This document shows, in pieces, positions 18,168 to 26,896 of a stretch of DNA of 46,599 nt. The notes under the pieces are model-generated. The model saw nothing but the letters and a program-made list of their open reading frames with translations. It did not search any database and was not told the DNA's origin. Where the stretch lies: NCBI GenBank assembly GCA_934446135.1, contig CAKSDT010000002.1:1-46599 (forward strand). Direction: 5' to 3'. Within the stretch, counting starts at the first letter, position 1. Each line of letters starts with the position of its first letter. Origin of the DNA: an uncultured Clostridia bacterium (GTDB taxonomy: Bacteria > Bacillota > Clostridia > RGIG6154). The position numbers and the translations under genes are program-made.

Positions 18168-19926
18168 AATTTTTAATAATCGGGAAGGTAAGCGTAACTT
18201 CCGTTCCTGTTTCATCAGATGTAATATTAACTGAATATTTGTCTCCGAAAATCAGTTTCATCCTTTGATTTATGTTGCTTAAACCGATTTTTTCCTTTTT
18301 ATATATGTTGACATCATTTATATTCTGTCTGATTTGTTTTAGTTTTTCGCCGTCAATTTTTTTACCGTTATCTTTTACCGAAACTACAAGCGAATTTCCC
18401 TTAATTTCGGAAGAAATTACGATATATCCTTTAACACCGTTAAGCCTTGCGACACCGTGGGAAATTGCATTTTCAAGAATCGGCTGAATAGAAAGTTTAA
18501 GAATTTCAAGTTCTGCCGTTTCGGGTGCAATGTTCCAAATTGTTTCAAAACTGTCGCCGTATTTCAAGTTTTGGATTTGTATATACTTCTTATTGTAGGA
18601 AATTTCAGTTTTCAAAGTAACAAAATGACTTGTTGTGTCAAGTGCATATCTTAAAAGGTCTGCAAGGAGTGTTATTGCTTTTGTTACATCCGTTTCTTCC
18701 TGAAATTTAGACATTTCAAGAACATTTATAAGTTGAAGTGTATTAAAAAGAAAATGCGGATTAAGCTGCGACTCAAGCACTGTCGACTGTGCAGAATTCA
18801 GCATCATAAGCCTGTCTGCAAGTTCTTTTTCTATCCGTTTGTTTTTTTCTGTTATTGAAACAATATTGTCTTTGATATATAAAAGTTCGTTTTTCTTTTT
18901 TTTGCTCTTCTTTTTTTCGCTCGACAATGGATTTTGCAGAAGCAAAATTATTTCAAAAATTGAATTGTAAAGTTTTGTCGTTATTGCAAACGAAAGGACG
19001 ATTGCAACTATAAAAGTCAAAATTGTGATTGACCATATTGCAATTCTGTTGTAGCGTTGCTGAGTTCCGTAGTGGACAGGGGAACCGGTAGCCGCAATCA
19101 TAAGAGGATATGATGTAATGGTGCTTGCCGCAAGAAAAGATTTCTTTTCTGATATCATATATGTTTTTTTCTCTGCCCTTTTATAAAGTTCAGCAAGTTT
19201 TGTAGGATTGTTTGTTTTGTATAACCTGTCGTTTGACGCAAGAAGCGTGGTTCCATATTTGTCCGAGATGTAGTAATCCAGGTTTGTTTCATCTCCGCCT
19301 GTTGTTTTTAAAAGTTCGTTTCCGTCAATTTTATATATAACGGTTCCTATGTTTTGAGAACCTATCTGAATTTTACGCTTAAAAACAATATAATCCTGAG
19401 AACCGTTTGCATAAGGCACGGTGTATCTGTGAATTCCGTCGTTTTTATAAAAGAGTTGATCTTCCCCGAAAGTGTCAAGATAATCCGAAGGATATATACT
19501 GCTTGTTGAAAAAACATATTTGTTATTATTAACCAATAAATAAATATCGCGTATATAAATATTTTTTGTTGCACAGTCGGAAAGACGGTTTTTTATTACT
19601 TTTGTCGCTTCGGCTCTGGTTTTCTCATCAACAGTATCACCGAGTGCATAAAGCCTTAAATGGTAGTCGGCATCTCCTACTATATCGCTGTAATTAAGAA
19701 AAATTCCGTTAAAACTTTTTTCTGTTTCATTGCTCAAAAGAACGAGTTTGTCGTATGCAGTGCTTTTAAATTCAGATGTCATTACATCTGAGTAATGGTT
19801 TGTAAGAACTATATACACTGCTATTACGGGAATTAAAAGTGCAATAAAAGAAGTTAACCAGTATTTGGCGAAAACACTTTGCCATTTATAGTTTTTTACT
19901 GTATTTATAAAGGTATTTCTGCTCAT
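18166..19926 (-). CDS. sensor histidine kinase, YesM/LytS-type (His_kinase + HATPase_c)
   Basis: 586 aa. Two TM segments flank a large extracytoplasmic domain. It has the LNPHFLFNTLQ H-box of the PF06580 family and a C-terminal GHKL ATPase (DNGKKI, GLSNINQR). Confidence 0.85.
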   Translation of the reverse strand: MSRNTFINTVKNYKWQSVFAKYWLTSFIALLIPVIAVYIVLTNHYSDVMTSEFKSTAYDKLVLLSNETEKSFNGIFLNYSDIVGDADYHLRLYALGDTVDEKTRAEATKVIKNRLSDCATKNIYIRDIYLLVNNNKYVFSTSSIYPSDYLDTFGEDQLFYKNDGIHRYTVPYANGSQDYIVFKRKIQIGSQNIGTVIYKIDGNELLKTTGGDETNLDYYISDKYGTTLLASNDRLYKTNNPTKLAELYKRAEKKTYMISEKKSFLAASTITSYPLMIAATGSPVHYGTQQRYNRIAIWSITILTFIVAIVLSFAITTKLYNSIFEIILLLQNPLSSEKKKSKKKKNELLYIKDNIVSITEKNKRIEKELADRLMMLNSAQSTVLESQLNPHFLFNTLQLINVLEMSKFQEETDVTKAITLLADLLRYALDTTSHFVTLKTEISYNKKYIQIQNLKYGDSFETIWNIAPETAELEILKLSIQPILENAISHGVARLNGVKGYIVISSEIKGNSLVVSVKDNGKKIDGEKLKQIRQNINDVNIYKKEKIGLSNINQRMKLIFGDKYSVNITSDETGTEVTLTFPIIKN

Positions 19927-19993
19927 AATATCACCTTGATTTCAGTATACCAAACTTTTTCTTTTTTGTCTATTATAAAGTTTGATTTTTCTA

Positions 19994-20022
19994 TTGACAA
20001 TGGGTATTTCGTGGGATATAAT
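19994..20022 (+). promoter_or_regulatory. perfect consensus sigma-A promoter (TTGACA, 17 nt spacer, TATAAT)
   Basis: TTGACA at 19994-19999 and TATAAT at 20017-20022, 62 nt upstream of the GH36 ATG. Confidence 0.6.
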
Positions 20023-20054
20023 TGTCATAATTGGGGCAGGGGTTTGCTCCAAAA

Positions 20055-20068
20055 TGCTTTATAAAGCA
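20055..20068. promoter_or_regulatory. perfect 14-bp palindrome TGCTTTATAAAGCA (candidate operator)
   Basis: Lies between the consensus promoter and the RBS of the GH36 gene. Confidence 0.3.
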
Positions 20069-20083
20069 GAAAAAGGGGAAAAT

Positions 20084-22219
20084 ATGGGTATTAAAATTAA
20101 TGGAGAAAAGAAACTCTTCAGACTGGAAACCAAAAACTCTTCGTACGCATTTACATTAAATGCAGACAAAAGAGTTGTAAACCTTTACTGGGGTCCGAAA
20201 ATTGAAGACGAACTTACATATGATATGTATCTTCCGGGACTTTCACAAAAGTCAAGCGGTGACAATGCAACATACCATGCCATAGTAAACAATGCTTATG
20301 AATATGCTGCAAACGAACCTTTCACATATGATGAGCAATCTTTGGATGTTGACTTTAAAAACGGCATTAAAGGTGCATGGCTTATATTTGACAGTTATAA
20401 AATTTCAGAAACCGGAAACGAACTTGTAGTTACTTTAAAAGATGAAATGAAGGATTTTTATGTTGACCTTCATTATTATGTATATGAAGAGTTGGATCTT
20501 ATAACAAGACACTCTGTTATAAGAAATGAAACAGACGGGGAAGTTGTTCTTAACAAGTTTCAGTCTGCAACGCTTCATTTTCCCGACGGTAATGAATACC
20601 GTCTTACGCATTTCAGAGGCAACTGGGGAAGTGAATATCAGAGAGAGGAAAGAATGGTTGATTACGGAAGATTTGCAATTCAGAACAACCACGGAAACAC
20701 CTCGGGACCTCACGCTTATCCTGCGTTTTTTATTGACCGTGACGGTCTTTCAACCGAAACAGACGGGGAAACATATTTCGGTACACTTCATTGGAGCGGA
20801 AACTTTAAAATAACTGTTGAAAAAACATCACTTAAGAGAATAAATGTTTCAGCCGGTATAAATGATGAACATACTGCAATTCATCTTAAAAAAGGTGAGA
20901 AATTCGAAACACCCGAATTTACAATCGGTTTTTCAAAAGACGGATTTGCGGGTATATCTAAAAATCTTTATGATTTGCAGTTGGATTACCTTATGCCGCA
21001 GAATAAAGCACACGAAATAAGACCGATTTTGTATAACGCTTATTTAACATATTACAATGATATTGATGAGAAAAAAATTATGGATCTTATCCCGGCTGCT
21101 GCGGATTTAGGCGTTGAACTCTTTATGATTGACGACGGTTGGATGCCCGGAAGAACGGGTGAAGATGTCGGACTCGGCGACTGGGTTCCGGATAAAGAAA
21201 GATTTCCGAGAGGGCTTAAGGTTATTGCCGATGAAACGCACAAACACGGGATGCTCTTTGGTCTTTGGGTAGAACCCGAGATGGCAGACCCCGACAGTGA
21301 TTTGTTCAGAGAACACGAAGACTGGATGCTTAAAACACCCGGAAGAGATTATACACTTTCAAGAAACCAAGTTGTTTTGAATATAGCAAGAGATGATATC
21401 TGCGATTGGGCAATGAAAATGGTTGACGGACTCATTACAGATTATGACCTTGACTATGTTAAATGGGATATGAACAGATATATTTCAGATTTTGGTTTTG
21501 AGGGAGCAACTGACGAAGAGCAGGATGAAATCAGAGTCAAATATATAAGAAATATATACAAAATATGGGATTATATAACCTCAAGGCATCCTGATGTTCT
21601 TTTTGAAAACTGTGCACACGGCGGGGCAAGAGCCGATTACGGTATGATAAAATATACAGACAGAATTAACAGAAGTGATGACGGTGTTGCAACAGATGTA
21701 ATTTTAATTCACGAAGGATTTTCAAGATTTTTCGTTCCTAAAATTGCCGGCGGTGCGGGTAACTTTAACCATGGTCCTAAAGAAACATTTGAATTCAGAA
21801 GAAATATGGCGTTTACAGGTTCATGCAGTCTGGGATTTAATCTTAATACTCTTACAGATGAGGAATTTAAGCAATATAAGGAAGCTGTTGTTGAATTTAA
21901 AAAGGAAAGGGCAGATATCCAGGATTCTTATGTGTACAGATTAAAATCCGCGATTACATCACCGTATGCAATTTGGGAATATGTTAAGAGAGACGGAAGC
22001 GTTATAACACTTTTCGGTTTTGTATTCGGCAGACATTTTATGGATAATAAAATTGAAAGAATCAAACTTACCGGACTTGTTAAAGGTGCTAAGTACAGAT
22101 GTGTAAATGATGGAAAAATTTATACTCAGGAGGGACTTGAAAATGTCGGCATTGATTTGTCTGACTTGCTTCCGAGACATCTTGCATCAACAAGACTCAG
22201 ATTTGAAATAGTTAAATAA
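20084..22219 (+). CDS. GH36 family alpha-galactosidase
   Basis: About 711 aa. Motifs FMIDDGW, DYVKWDMNR and ENCAHGGAR are typical of the GH36 catalytic barrel. Start taken at the ATG after AAAGGGG, because the track's extension would cover the promoter. Confidence 0.85.
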   Translation: MGIKINGEKKLFRLETKNSSYAFTLNADKRVVNLYWGPKIEDELTYDMYLPGLSQKSSGDNATYHAIVNNAYEYAANEPFTYDEQSLDVDFKNGIKGAWLIFDSYKISETGNELVVTLKDEMKDFYVDLHYYVYEELDLITRHSVIRNETDGEVVLNKFQSATLHFPDGNEYRLTHFRGNWGSEYQREERMVDYGRFAIQNNHGNTSGPHAYPAFFIDRDGLSTETDGETYFGTLHWSGNFKITVEKTSLKRINVSAGINDEHTAIHLKKGEKFETPEFTIGFSKDGFAGISKNLYDLQLDYLMPQNKAHEIRPILYNAYLTYYNDIDEKKIMDLIPAAADLGVELFMIDDGWMPGRTGEDVGLGDWVPDKERFPRGLKVIADETHKHGMLFGLWVEPEMADPDSDLFREHEDWMLKTPGRDYTLSRNQVVLNIARDDICDWAMKMVDGLITDYDLDYVKWDMNRYISDFGFEGATDEEQDEIRVKYIRNIYKIWDYITSRHPDVLFENCAHGGARADYGMIKYTDRINRSDDGVATDVILIHEGFSRFFVPKIAGGAGNFNHGPKETFEFRRNMAFTGSCSLGFNLNTLTDEEFKQYKEAVVEFKKERADIQDSYVYRLKSAITSPYAIWEYVKRDGSVITLFGFVFGRHFMDNKIERIKLTGLVKGAKYRCVNDGKIYTQEGLENVGIDLSDLLPRHLASTRLRFEIVK

Positions 22220-22223
22220 ACTA

Positions 22224-22252
22224 TTGACAAATCATAAAATTAGATGTATAAT
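22224..22252 (+). promoter_or_regulatory. perfect consensus sigma-A promoter (TTGACA, 17 nt spacer, TATAAT) of the aromatic operon leader
   Basis: TTGACA at 22224-22229 and TATAAT at 22247-22252. Confidence 0.6.
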
Positions 22253-22283
22253 TTTAAAAAACTTACAGAGAGGAAATCAGTTT

Positions 22284-22385
22284 ATGATATCGAGTTTACA
22301 TACTTTTTCATATTACTTTAGTGTAGCCTTTTATTTTGGTTATGCTTTATTTGGTGTGAAAAAATTACTTGTAAGCCGTTATTAA
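22284..22385 (+). CDS. candidate leader peptide, 33 aa, Phe/Tyr-rich (MISSLHTFSYYFSVAFYFGYALFGVKKLLVSRY)
   Basis: My own translation. GAGAGGA RBS 9 nt upstream of the ATG. It has 5 Phe and 5 Tyr codons and no Trp, with nine of them clustered in codons 8-23. It lies between the promoter and the terminator hairpin upstream of pheA. Confidence 0.55.
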   Translation: MISSLHTFSYYFSVAFYFGYALFGVKKLLVSRY

Positions 22386-22432
22386 ACCGATTTTTAATAT
22401 GCGTATATTATTAAAGTCTTACTTGTAATTTT
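22361..22432 (+). promoter_or_regulatory. candidate antiterminator pairing (22361-22375 with 22418-22432)
   Basis: AAAATTACTTGTAAG can pair with CTTACTTGTAATTTT, giving 8 + 5 bp around a 2x2 mismatch. The second segment is the 5' arm of the terminator. The first lies in the last codons of the leader ORF. Confidence 0.45.
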
Positions 22433-22450
22433 ACAGGTAAGGCTTTTTTA
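22416..22450 (+). terminator. rho-independent terminator (attenuator) upstream of pheA
   Basis: GTCTTACTTGT (22416-22426) pairs with ACAGGTAAGGC (22433-22443) in an 11-bp stem that includes 2 G-U pairs. It is followed by TTTTTT at 22444-22449 and sits 27 nt before the pheA ATG. Confidence 0.65.
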
Positions 22451-22476
22451 TTTAAAAAGCAGAAGGGGCGTTTTAA

Positions 22477-23559
22477 ATGGCAGATATACAAAAGGCACGG
22501 AAAGAAATTAATGAAATAGACAAAAAAATGGCGGAACTTTTTGTGAAAAGAATGGATGCTGCAAATGAGGTCTTTCTTTATAAAAAGGAAAACGGACTTC
22601 CTGTTTTGGATGTTGCCCGTGAACAGGAACTTGTTGCAAAAAACTCCGAATTGGTTGAGAATGAAGTATATAAAGCATATTACATAGATTTCCTTAAGAG
22701 TGTGATGGATATATCAAAAAAATATCAGTACAGGCTTCAAAACGGAATTAAAATTGCATATTCAGGAGTTGAGGGTGCCTTTGCCCATATTGCATCAAAT
22801 AAAATATTTCCGGAAGCAGAGTTCGTTCCTTATCCTGATTTTAAATCTGCTTATGACGCTGTAGCAGAAGGCGAATGTGACTCAGTCGTACTTCCTATGG
22901 AAAACAGTTTTGCAGGCGAAGTCGGAAATGTTATGGATATAGTTTTTAAAGGCAGTTTATATATAAACGGAATATATAATCTCGCAGTATCACAGAATCT
23001 GCTTGGCGTAAAGGGAGCGGACAAGAAGAATATAAAAACCGTTGTGAGTCATATTCAGGCACTTAACCAGTGTATGGGGTATATAAAAGAAAACGGATTT
23101 GAAACGGTTGAAGCCGGAAACACCGCTTATGCGGCAAAATTGATTTCAGAAGAAAATGACAAGACTAAGGCTGCTATTGCAAGTGCTGAAACCGCTGATA
23201 TTTACGGGCTTGAAATTCTTGAAAGAAATATAAATAAAAGCAATGTAAATACAACAAAATTTGCTGTCCTTTCAAAGGTAAAACTTAAAAGCGGAAACCA
23301 AAACTCGGTTCTTATGTTTACAGTTTCAAACAATGCCGGTTCTTTGGCAAAGGCAATAAATGTTATAGGTAAATACGGTTATAATATGACAACATTAAGA
23401 AGCAGACCGCTAAAAGAACACTCCTGGAAATATTATTTTTATGTAGAAATAGACGGAAATACCGAAACAGAACTTGGAAAAGTTATGATTAACGAACTTA
23501 AAGAATGCTGCGACCTTTTAAAAGTTGCAGGTACATTTTCAGAAAATATTAAACTTTAG
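22477..23559 (+). CDS. pheA: bifunctional chorismate mutase / prephenate dehydratase (P-protein)
   Basis: N-terminal AroQ-type CM helix (IQKARKEINEIDKKMAELFVKRMD), a PDT domain (ENSFAGEV, TKFAVL) and a C-terminal ACT domain. Confidence 0.9.
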   Translation: MADIQKARKEINEIDKKMAELFVKRMDAANEVFLYKKENGLPVLDVAREQELVAKNSELVENEVYKAYYIDFLKSVMDISKKYQYRLQNGIKIAYSGVEGAFAHIASNKIFPEAEFVPYPDFKSAYDAVAEGECDSVVLPMENSFAGEVGNVMDIVFKGSLYINGIYNLAVSQNLLGVKGADKKNIKTVVSHIQALNQCMGYIKENGFETVEAGNTAYAAKLISEENDKTKAAIASAETADIYGLEILERNINKSNVNTTKFAVLSKVKLKSGNQNSVLMFTVSNNAGSLAKAINVIGKYGYNMTTLRSRPLKEHSWKYYFYVEIDGNTETELGKVMINELKECCDLLKVAGTFSENIKL

Positions 23560-23570
23560 GAGGTGCTTTG

Positions 23571-24560
23571 ATGACTGAAATATATGTAGAACTTGAAAAT
23601 AATCCATATCATGTTGTGATTGAAAAAGGAATTTTGGACAGCATTGAAGACCATATCAATCTTAACAGAAAAGTGCTCGTTGTGACAGATAAACTTGTTC
23701 CCGCAATTTACTCCGACAAGGTTGCAAAAAAGTGCCTTACCCCGGTAAAAGAGGTAATAGACGGCGGAGAAGAATGTAAAAACCTTAAAACTTTTGAAAA
23801 ACTTTTAAAAACTATGCTTGAAAATAATTTTTCAAGGAAAGATGCAGTTGTTGCGGTCGGCGGCGGTGTTGTAGGGGATATTTCGGGTTTTGCGGCATCT
23901 TGCTATATGAGGGGAATTGATTTTTACAATGTTCCGACAACAGTTTTGTCTGAGGTTGACTCTTCAGTCGGCGGTAAAACTGCAGTAAACTTAAATAATG
24001 TAAAAAATATTGTGGGAACATTTTACCAGCCGAAAAAAGTTGTAATTGATCCGTTGACATTAAACACTCTTTCAAAAAGGCAGTTTTCAAACGGAATGGC
24101 AGAGGTTATAAAAATAGCCGCAGTTTTAGATAAAGACTTCTTTGAATATCTTGAAAATACTGATTGCATCGATATTGAATATATAATATCAAAAGCAATT
24201 ACATTAAAGAAAAATGTTGTTGTGGAGGATGAAAAAGAGGCAGGACTCAGAAAAGTTTTGAATTTCGGTCATACCATAGGACACGGAATCGAACTTTCCA
24301 CAGACCTTTATCACGGTGAAAGTATTGCACTTGGTATGCTTTATATGTCATCAGACCGGGCAAAGAAACGAATTTTAAATGTTATGGAAAAATTTAATCT
24401 TCCCACAAGCCATAATTTTGATAAAGAAAAGGCTGTTTCAAGCATCAGAAATGATAAAAAGGGCAACAACGGAAAAGTGACGGCGGTTATATGTCCCGAA
24501 ATAGGGAAATTTGAGTTTAAAGAAGTATCATTTGACCGACTTGCAAAGGAGGTTATGTAA
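23571..24560 (+). CDS. aroB: 3-dehydroquinate synthase
   Basis: GGGVVGDISGFAA nucleotide loop and metal-binding motifs (NFGHTIGHGIE). ATG 23571 follows GGAGGTG. Confidence 0.9.
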   Translation: MTEIYVELENNPYHVVIEKGILDSIEDHINLNRKVLVVTDKLVPAIYSDKVAKKCLTPVKEVIDGGEECKNLKTFEKLLKTMLENNFSRKDAVVAVGGGVVGDISGFAASCYMRGIDFYNVPTTVLSEVDSSVGGKTAVNLNNVKNIVGTFYQPKKVVIDPLTLNTLSKRQFSNGMAEVIKIAAVLDKDFFEYLENTDCIDIEYIISKAITLKKNVVVEDEKEAGLRKVLNFGHTIGHGIELSTDLYHGESIALGMLYMSSDRAKKRILNVMEKFNLPTSHNFDKEKAVSSIRNDKKGNNGKVTAVICPEIGKFEFKEVSFDRLAKEVM

Positions 24561-25658
24561 TTGAAGAACACTTTTGGCAGCAGTATTACGGTTACATTGT
24601 TCGGAGAAAGCCACGGAAAAGCGATAGGTGTGGTTTTGGACGGACTTGCTCCGGGAATGAAAATCGACACTGAAATAATTAACGGTATGCTTTCAAAAAG
24701 AAGACCCGACGGAAAACTTTCAACTTCAAGAATTGAAGAAGATTGTTATGAATTTTTAAGCGGCGTAAAAGACGGGTTTACTACAGGTACACCCCTTACT
24801 GCGATTATAGAAAATAAAAATATCAGAAGTGGAGATTACAGTTCTTTTTCAAATCTCGCAAGACCGTCGCACGCAGATTTTGCGGCAAACGAAAAATATC
24901 ACGGATTTCAGGATAAATCGGGGGGCGGTCATTTCAGCGGAAGAATAACGGCACCGCTGGTTTTGGCGGGCGGTGTGCTTATGCCTGCACTTAATATGAA
25001 AGGCATCTATATCGGAACGCACATAAAGAAAATAAAAGATGTGTCAGACCGCGGATTTAATAATCTTCCGGAAGACATAAAACTCTTAAATGAGAAAAAG
25101 TTTGCAGTTTTAGATTCCGAAAAAGAAAGTCTTATGAAAAAAGTGATAGAAAGTGCCAAACTAAACGGAGACAGCGTAGGCGGAATTCTTGAAACAGTAA
25201 TAACAGGACTTCCGACAGGACTTGGCGAACCGTGGTTTGACAGTATGGAAAGTCTTCTTTCGCATGCAATGTTTTCAATTCCGGGGGTAAAAGGCGTTGA
25301 GTTTGGACTTGGTTTTGAAATATCGGAAAAATTCGGTTCCGAGGCAAATGATTCCTTTTATTCGGAGAACGGAAAAATTTACACAAAAACAAATACTTCG
25401 GGAGGAATAAACGGCGGTATAACAAACGGAATGCCGATTATTTTAAGGTGTGCCGTTAAACCTACTCCGACTATTTTTAAAGAGCAGGAAACAATTGATA
25501 TTAATTCTCTTGAAAACACTGTTATAATACCAAAAGGAAGGCACGATCCGGCAATAATTCAAAGAGCAAGGATTGTTGCGGACAGTATGGCGGCGATAGT
25601 AATTGCGGATGTTTTGACGCAAAGGTTCGGAACTGACTTTTTGGGGGGAGAAAAATGA
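24561..25658 (+). CDS. aroC: chorismate synthase
   Basis: FGESHG N-terminal signature and the GRHDP and SGGINGG motifs. TTG start immediately after the aroB stop, with AAGGAGG 8 nt upstream. Confidence 0.9.
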   Translation: MKNTFGSSITVTLFGESHGKAIGVVLDGLAPGMKIDTEIINGMLSKRRPDGKLSTSRIEEDCYEFLSGVKDGFTTGTPLTAIIENKNIRSGDYSSFSNLARPSHADFAANEKYHGFQDKSGGGHFSGRITAPLVLAGGVLMPALNMKGIYIGTHIKKIKDVSDRGFNNLPEDIKLLNEKKFAVLDSEKESLMKKVIESAKLNGDSVGGILETVITGLPTGLGEPWFDSMESLLSHAMFSIPGVKGVEFGLGFEISEKFGSEANDSFYSENGKIYTKTNTSGGINGGITNGMPIILRCAVKPTPTIFKEQETIDINSLENTVIIPKGRHDPAIIQRARIVADSMAAIVIADVLTQRFGTDFLGGEK

Positions 25659-26896
25659 ATTACGGACTTATAGGAAAGACCTTAAAGCACAGTTTTTCAA
25701 GGGAAATACATCAAAAACTCGGTTATGACTATCTCCTTAAGGAACTTGAACCGGACGAGCTCGAATCATTTTTTAGGGAGAAAAATTTCAAAGCAATCAA
25801 TGTAACGGTTCCTTATAAGGTTGATGTTATGAAGTATTTGGATACTATTGATGAAAATGCACTTTCAATAGGTGCGGTCAACACCGTTTTAAACAGCAAT
25901 GGAAAACTTATAGGTTATAACACGGATTTTTTCGGAATGAAAGACCTTATTGAAAGAACAGGTGTTTCGCTCAAAAATAAAAAAGTTCTGATTTTGGGAA
26001 CCGGCGGTACAAGCAACACGGCAGAATATACTGCAAAGTATTTGGGAGCGTCAGAAGTTTTAAAAGTGAGCAGAACAAAAAAAGACGGTGTTATAACTTA
26101 TGATGAAATAGAAACTGCCGGGGCAAATGTCATTATCAATACAACTCCTGCAGGAATGTTTCCGAATAACGGTAATTGCCCTATAAAAGGCGAATTGCCG
26201 GAAGAAACCGAACTGGTTGTTGATGTTATTTATAATCCGCTGAGGACAAGACTTCTTCAAAAAGCCGAGGAAAAAGGAATTTTTTATGCCGGCGGGCTTT
26301 ATATGCTTGTTTCACAAGGCACATACGCTTCCTGTCTTTTTACAGGAAATAAAGAAGTTCTAAACAAAACCGAAGAAATATATAAATCGGTTTTGGGTGA
26401 AAAGCAAAATATTGTGCTTATAGGTATGCCGGGCTCGGGCAAAAGCACTGCTGCAAAACATCTCGGCAATTTTGTTGATACAGATACTGAAATCAAAAAA
26501 GAATACGGACTCTCGCCAAAGGATATAATCCTCGGCAGGGGAGAAAAGGCCTTTCGTGAAATAGAGTCCGAAACAGTCTTAAAACTTTCACGAAAAAACG
26601 GAATTGTTATATCAACGGGCGGAGGAGTTGTGCTGAACCCCGAAAATATAAGAACGCTTAAGGAAAACGGAATAGTTATATTTCTTGACCCTCCGTTTGA
26701 AAGACTTACGGCAACTAAGTCAAGACCTCTTTCCGATACAAAAGAAAAACTTCTTGAAGTTTATAAGGAAAGATATGAAATTTATAACAGAAACTGCGAT
26801 ATAAAAATAAGCGGAGATTATTCACCGGAGGAGATTGCAGATATAATTAAAAAGGAGGTTTCAAAATATGAAGATTCTTGTAATAAACGGACCTAA
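25655..26896 (+). CDS. aroE/aroK: fused shikimate dehydrogenase (N-terminal) / shikimate kinase (C-terminal)
   Basis: The N-terminal half has NVTVPYK, GAVNT, NTD and GTGGTS motifs. The C-terminal half has Walker A GMPGSGKST plus DTD and STGGG motifs. ATGA overlap with aroC. Confidence 0.85.
   Translation: MNYGLIGKTLKHSFSREIHQKLGYDYLLKELEPDELESFFREKNFKAINVTVPYKVDVMKYLDTIDENALSIGAVNTVLNSNGKLIGYNTDFFGMKDLIERTGVSLKNKKVLILGTGGTSNTAEYTAKYLGASEVLKVSRTKKDGVITYDEIETAGANVIINTTPAGMFPNNGNCPIKGELPEETELVVDVIYNPLRTRLLQKAEEKGIFYAGGLYMLVSQGTYASCLFTGNKEVLNKTEEIYKSVLGEKQNIVLIGMPGSGKSTAAKHLGNFVDTDTEIKKEYGLSPKDIILGRGEKAFREIESETVLKLSRKNGIVISTGGGVVLNPENIRTLKENGIVIFLDPPFERLTATKSRPLSDTKEKLLEVYKERYEIYNRNCDIKISGDYSPEEIADIIKKEVSKYEDSCNKRT

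Noticed and set aside
19982-20083. N-terminal extension of the GH36 ORF (TTG start at 19982)
   Set aside because: The extension would span the perfect consensus promoter at 19994-20022. ATG 20084 has a proper RBS and gives a typical GH36 N-terminus.
22253-22476. T-box or other riboswitch leader upstream of pheA
   Set aside because: The leader is about 190 nt and very AT-rich. I could not find the conserved T-box sequence or a specifier-loop architecture. The translated Phe/Tyr-rich ORF explains the region better. A covariance-model scan would still be decisive.
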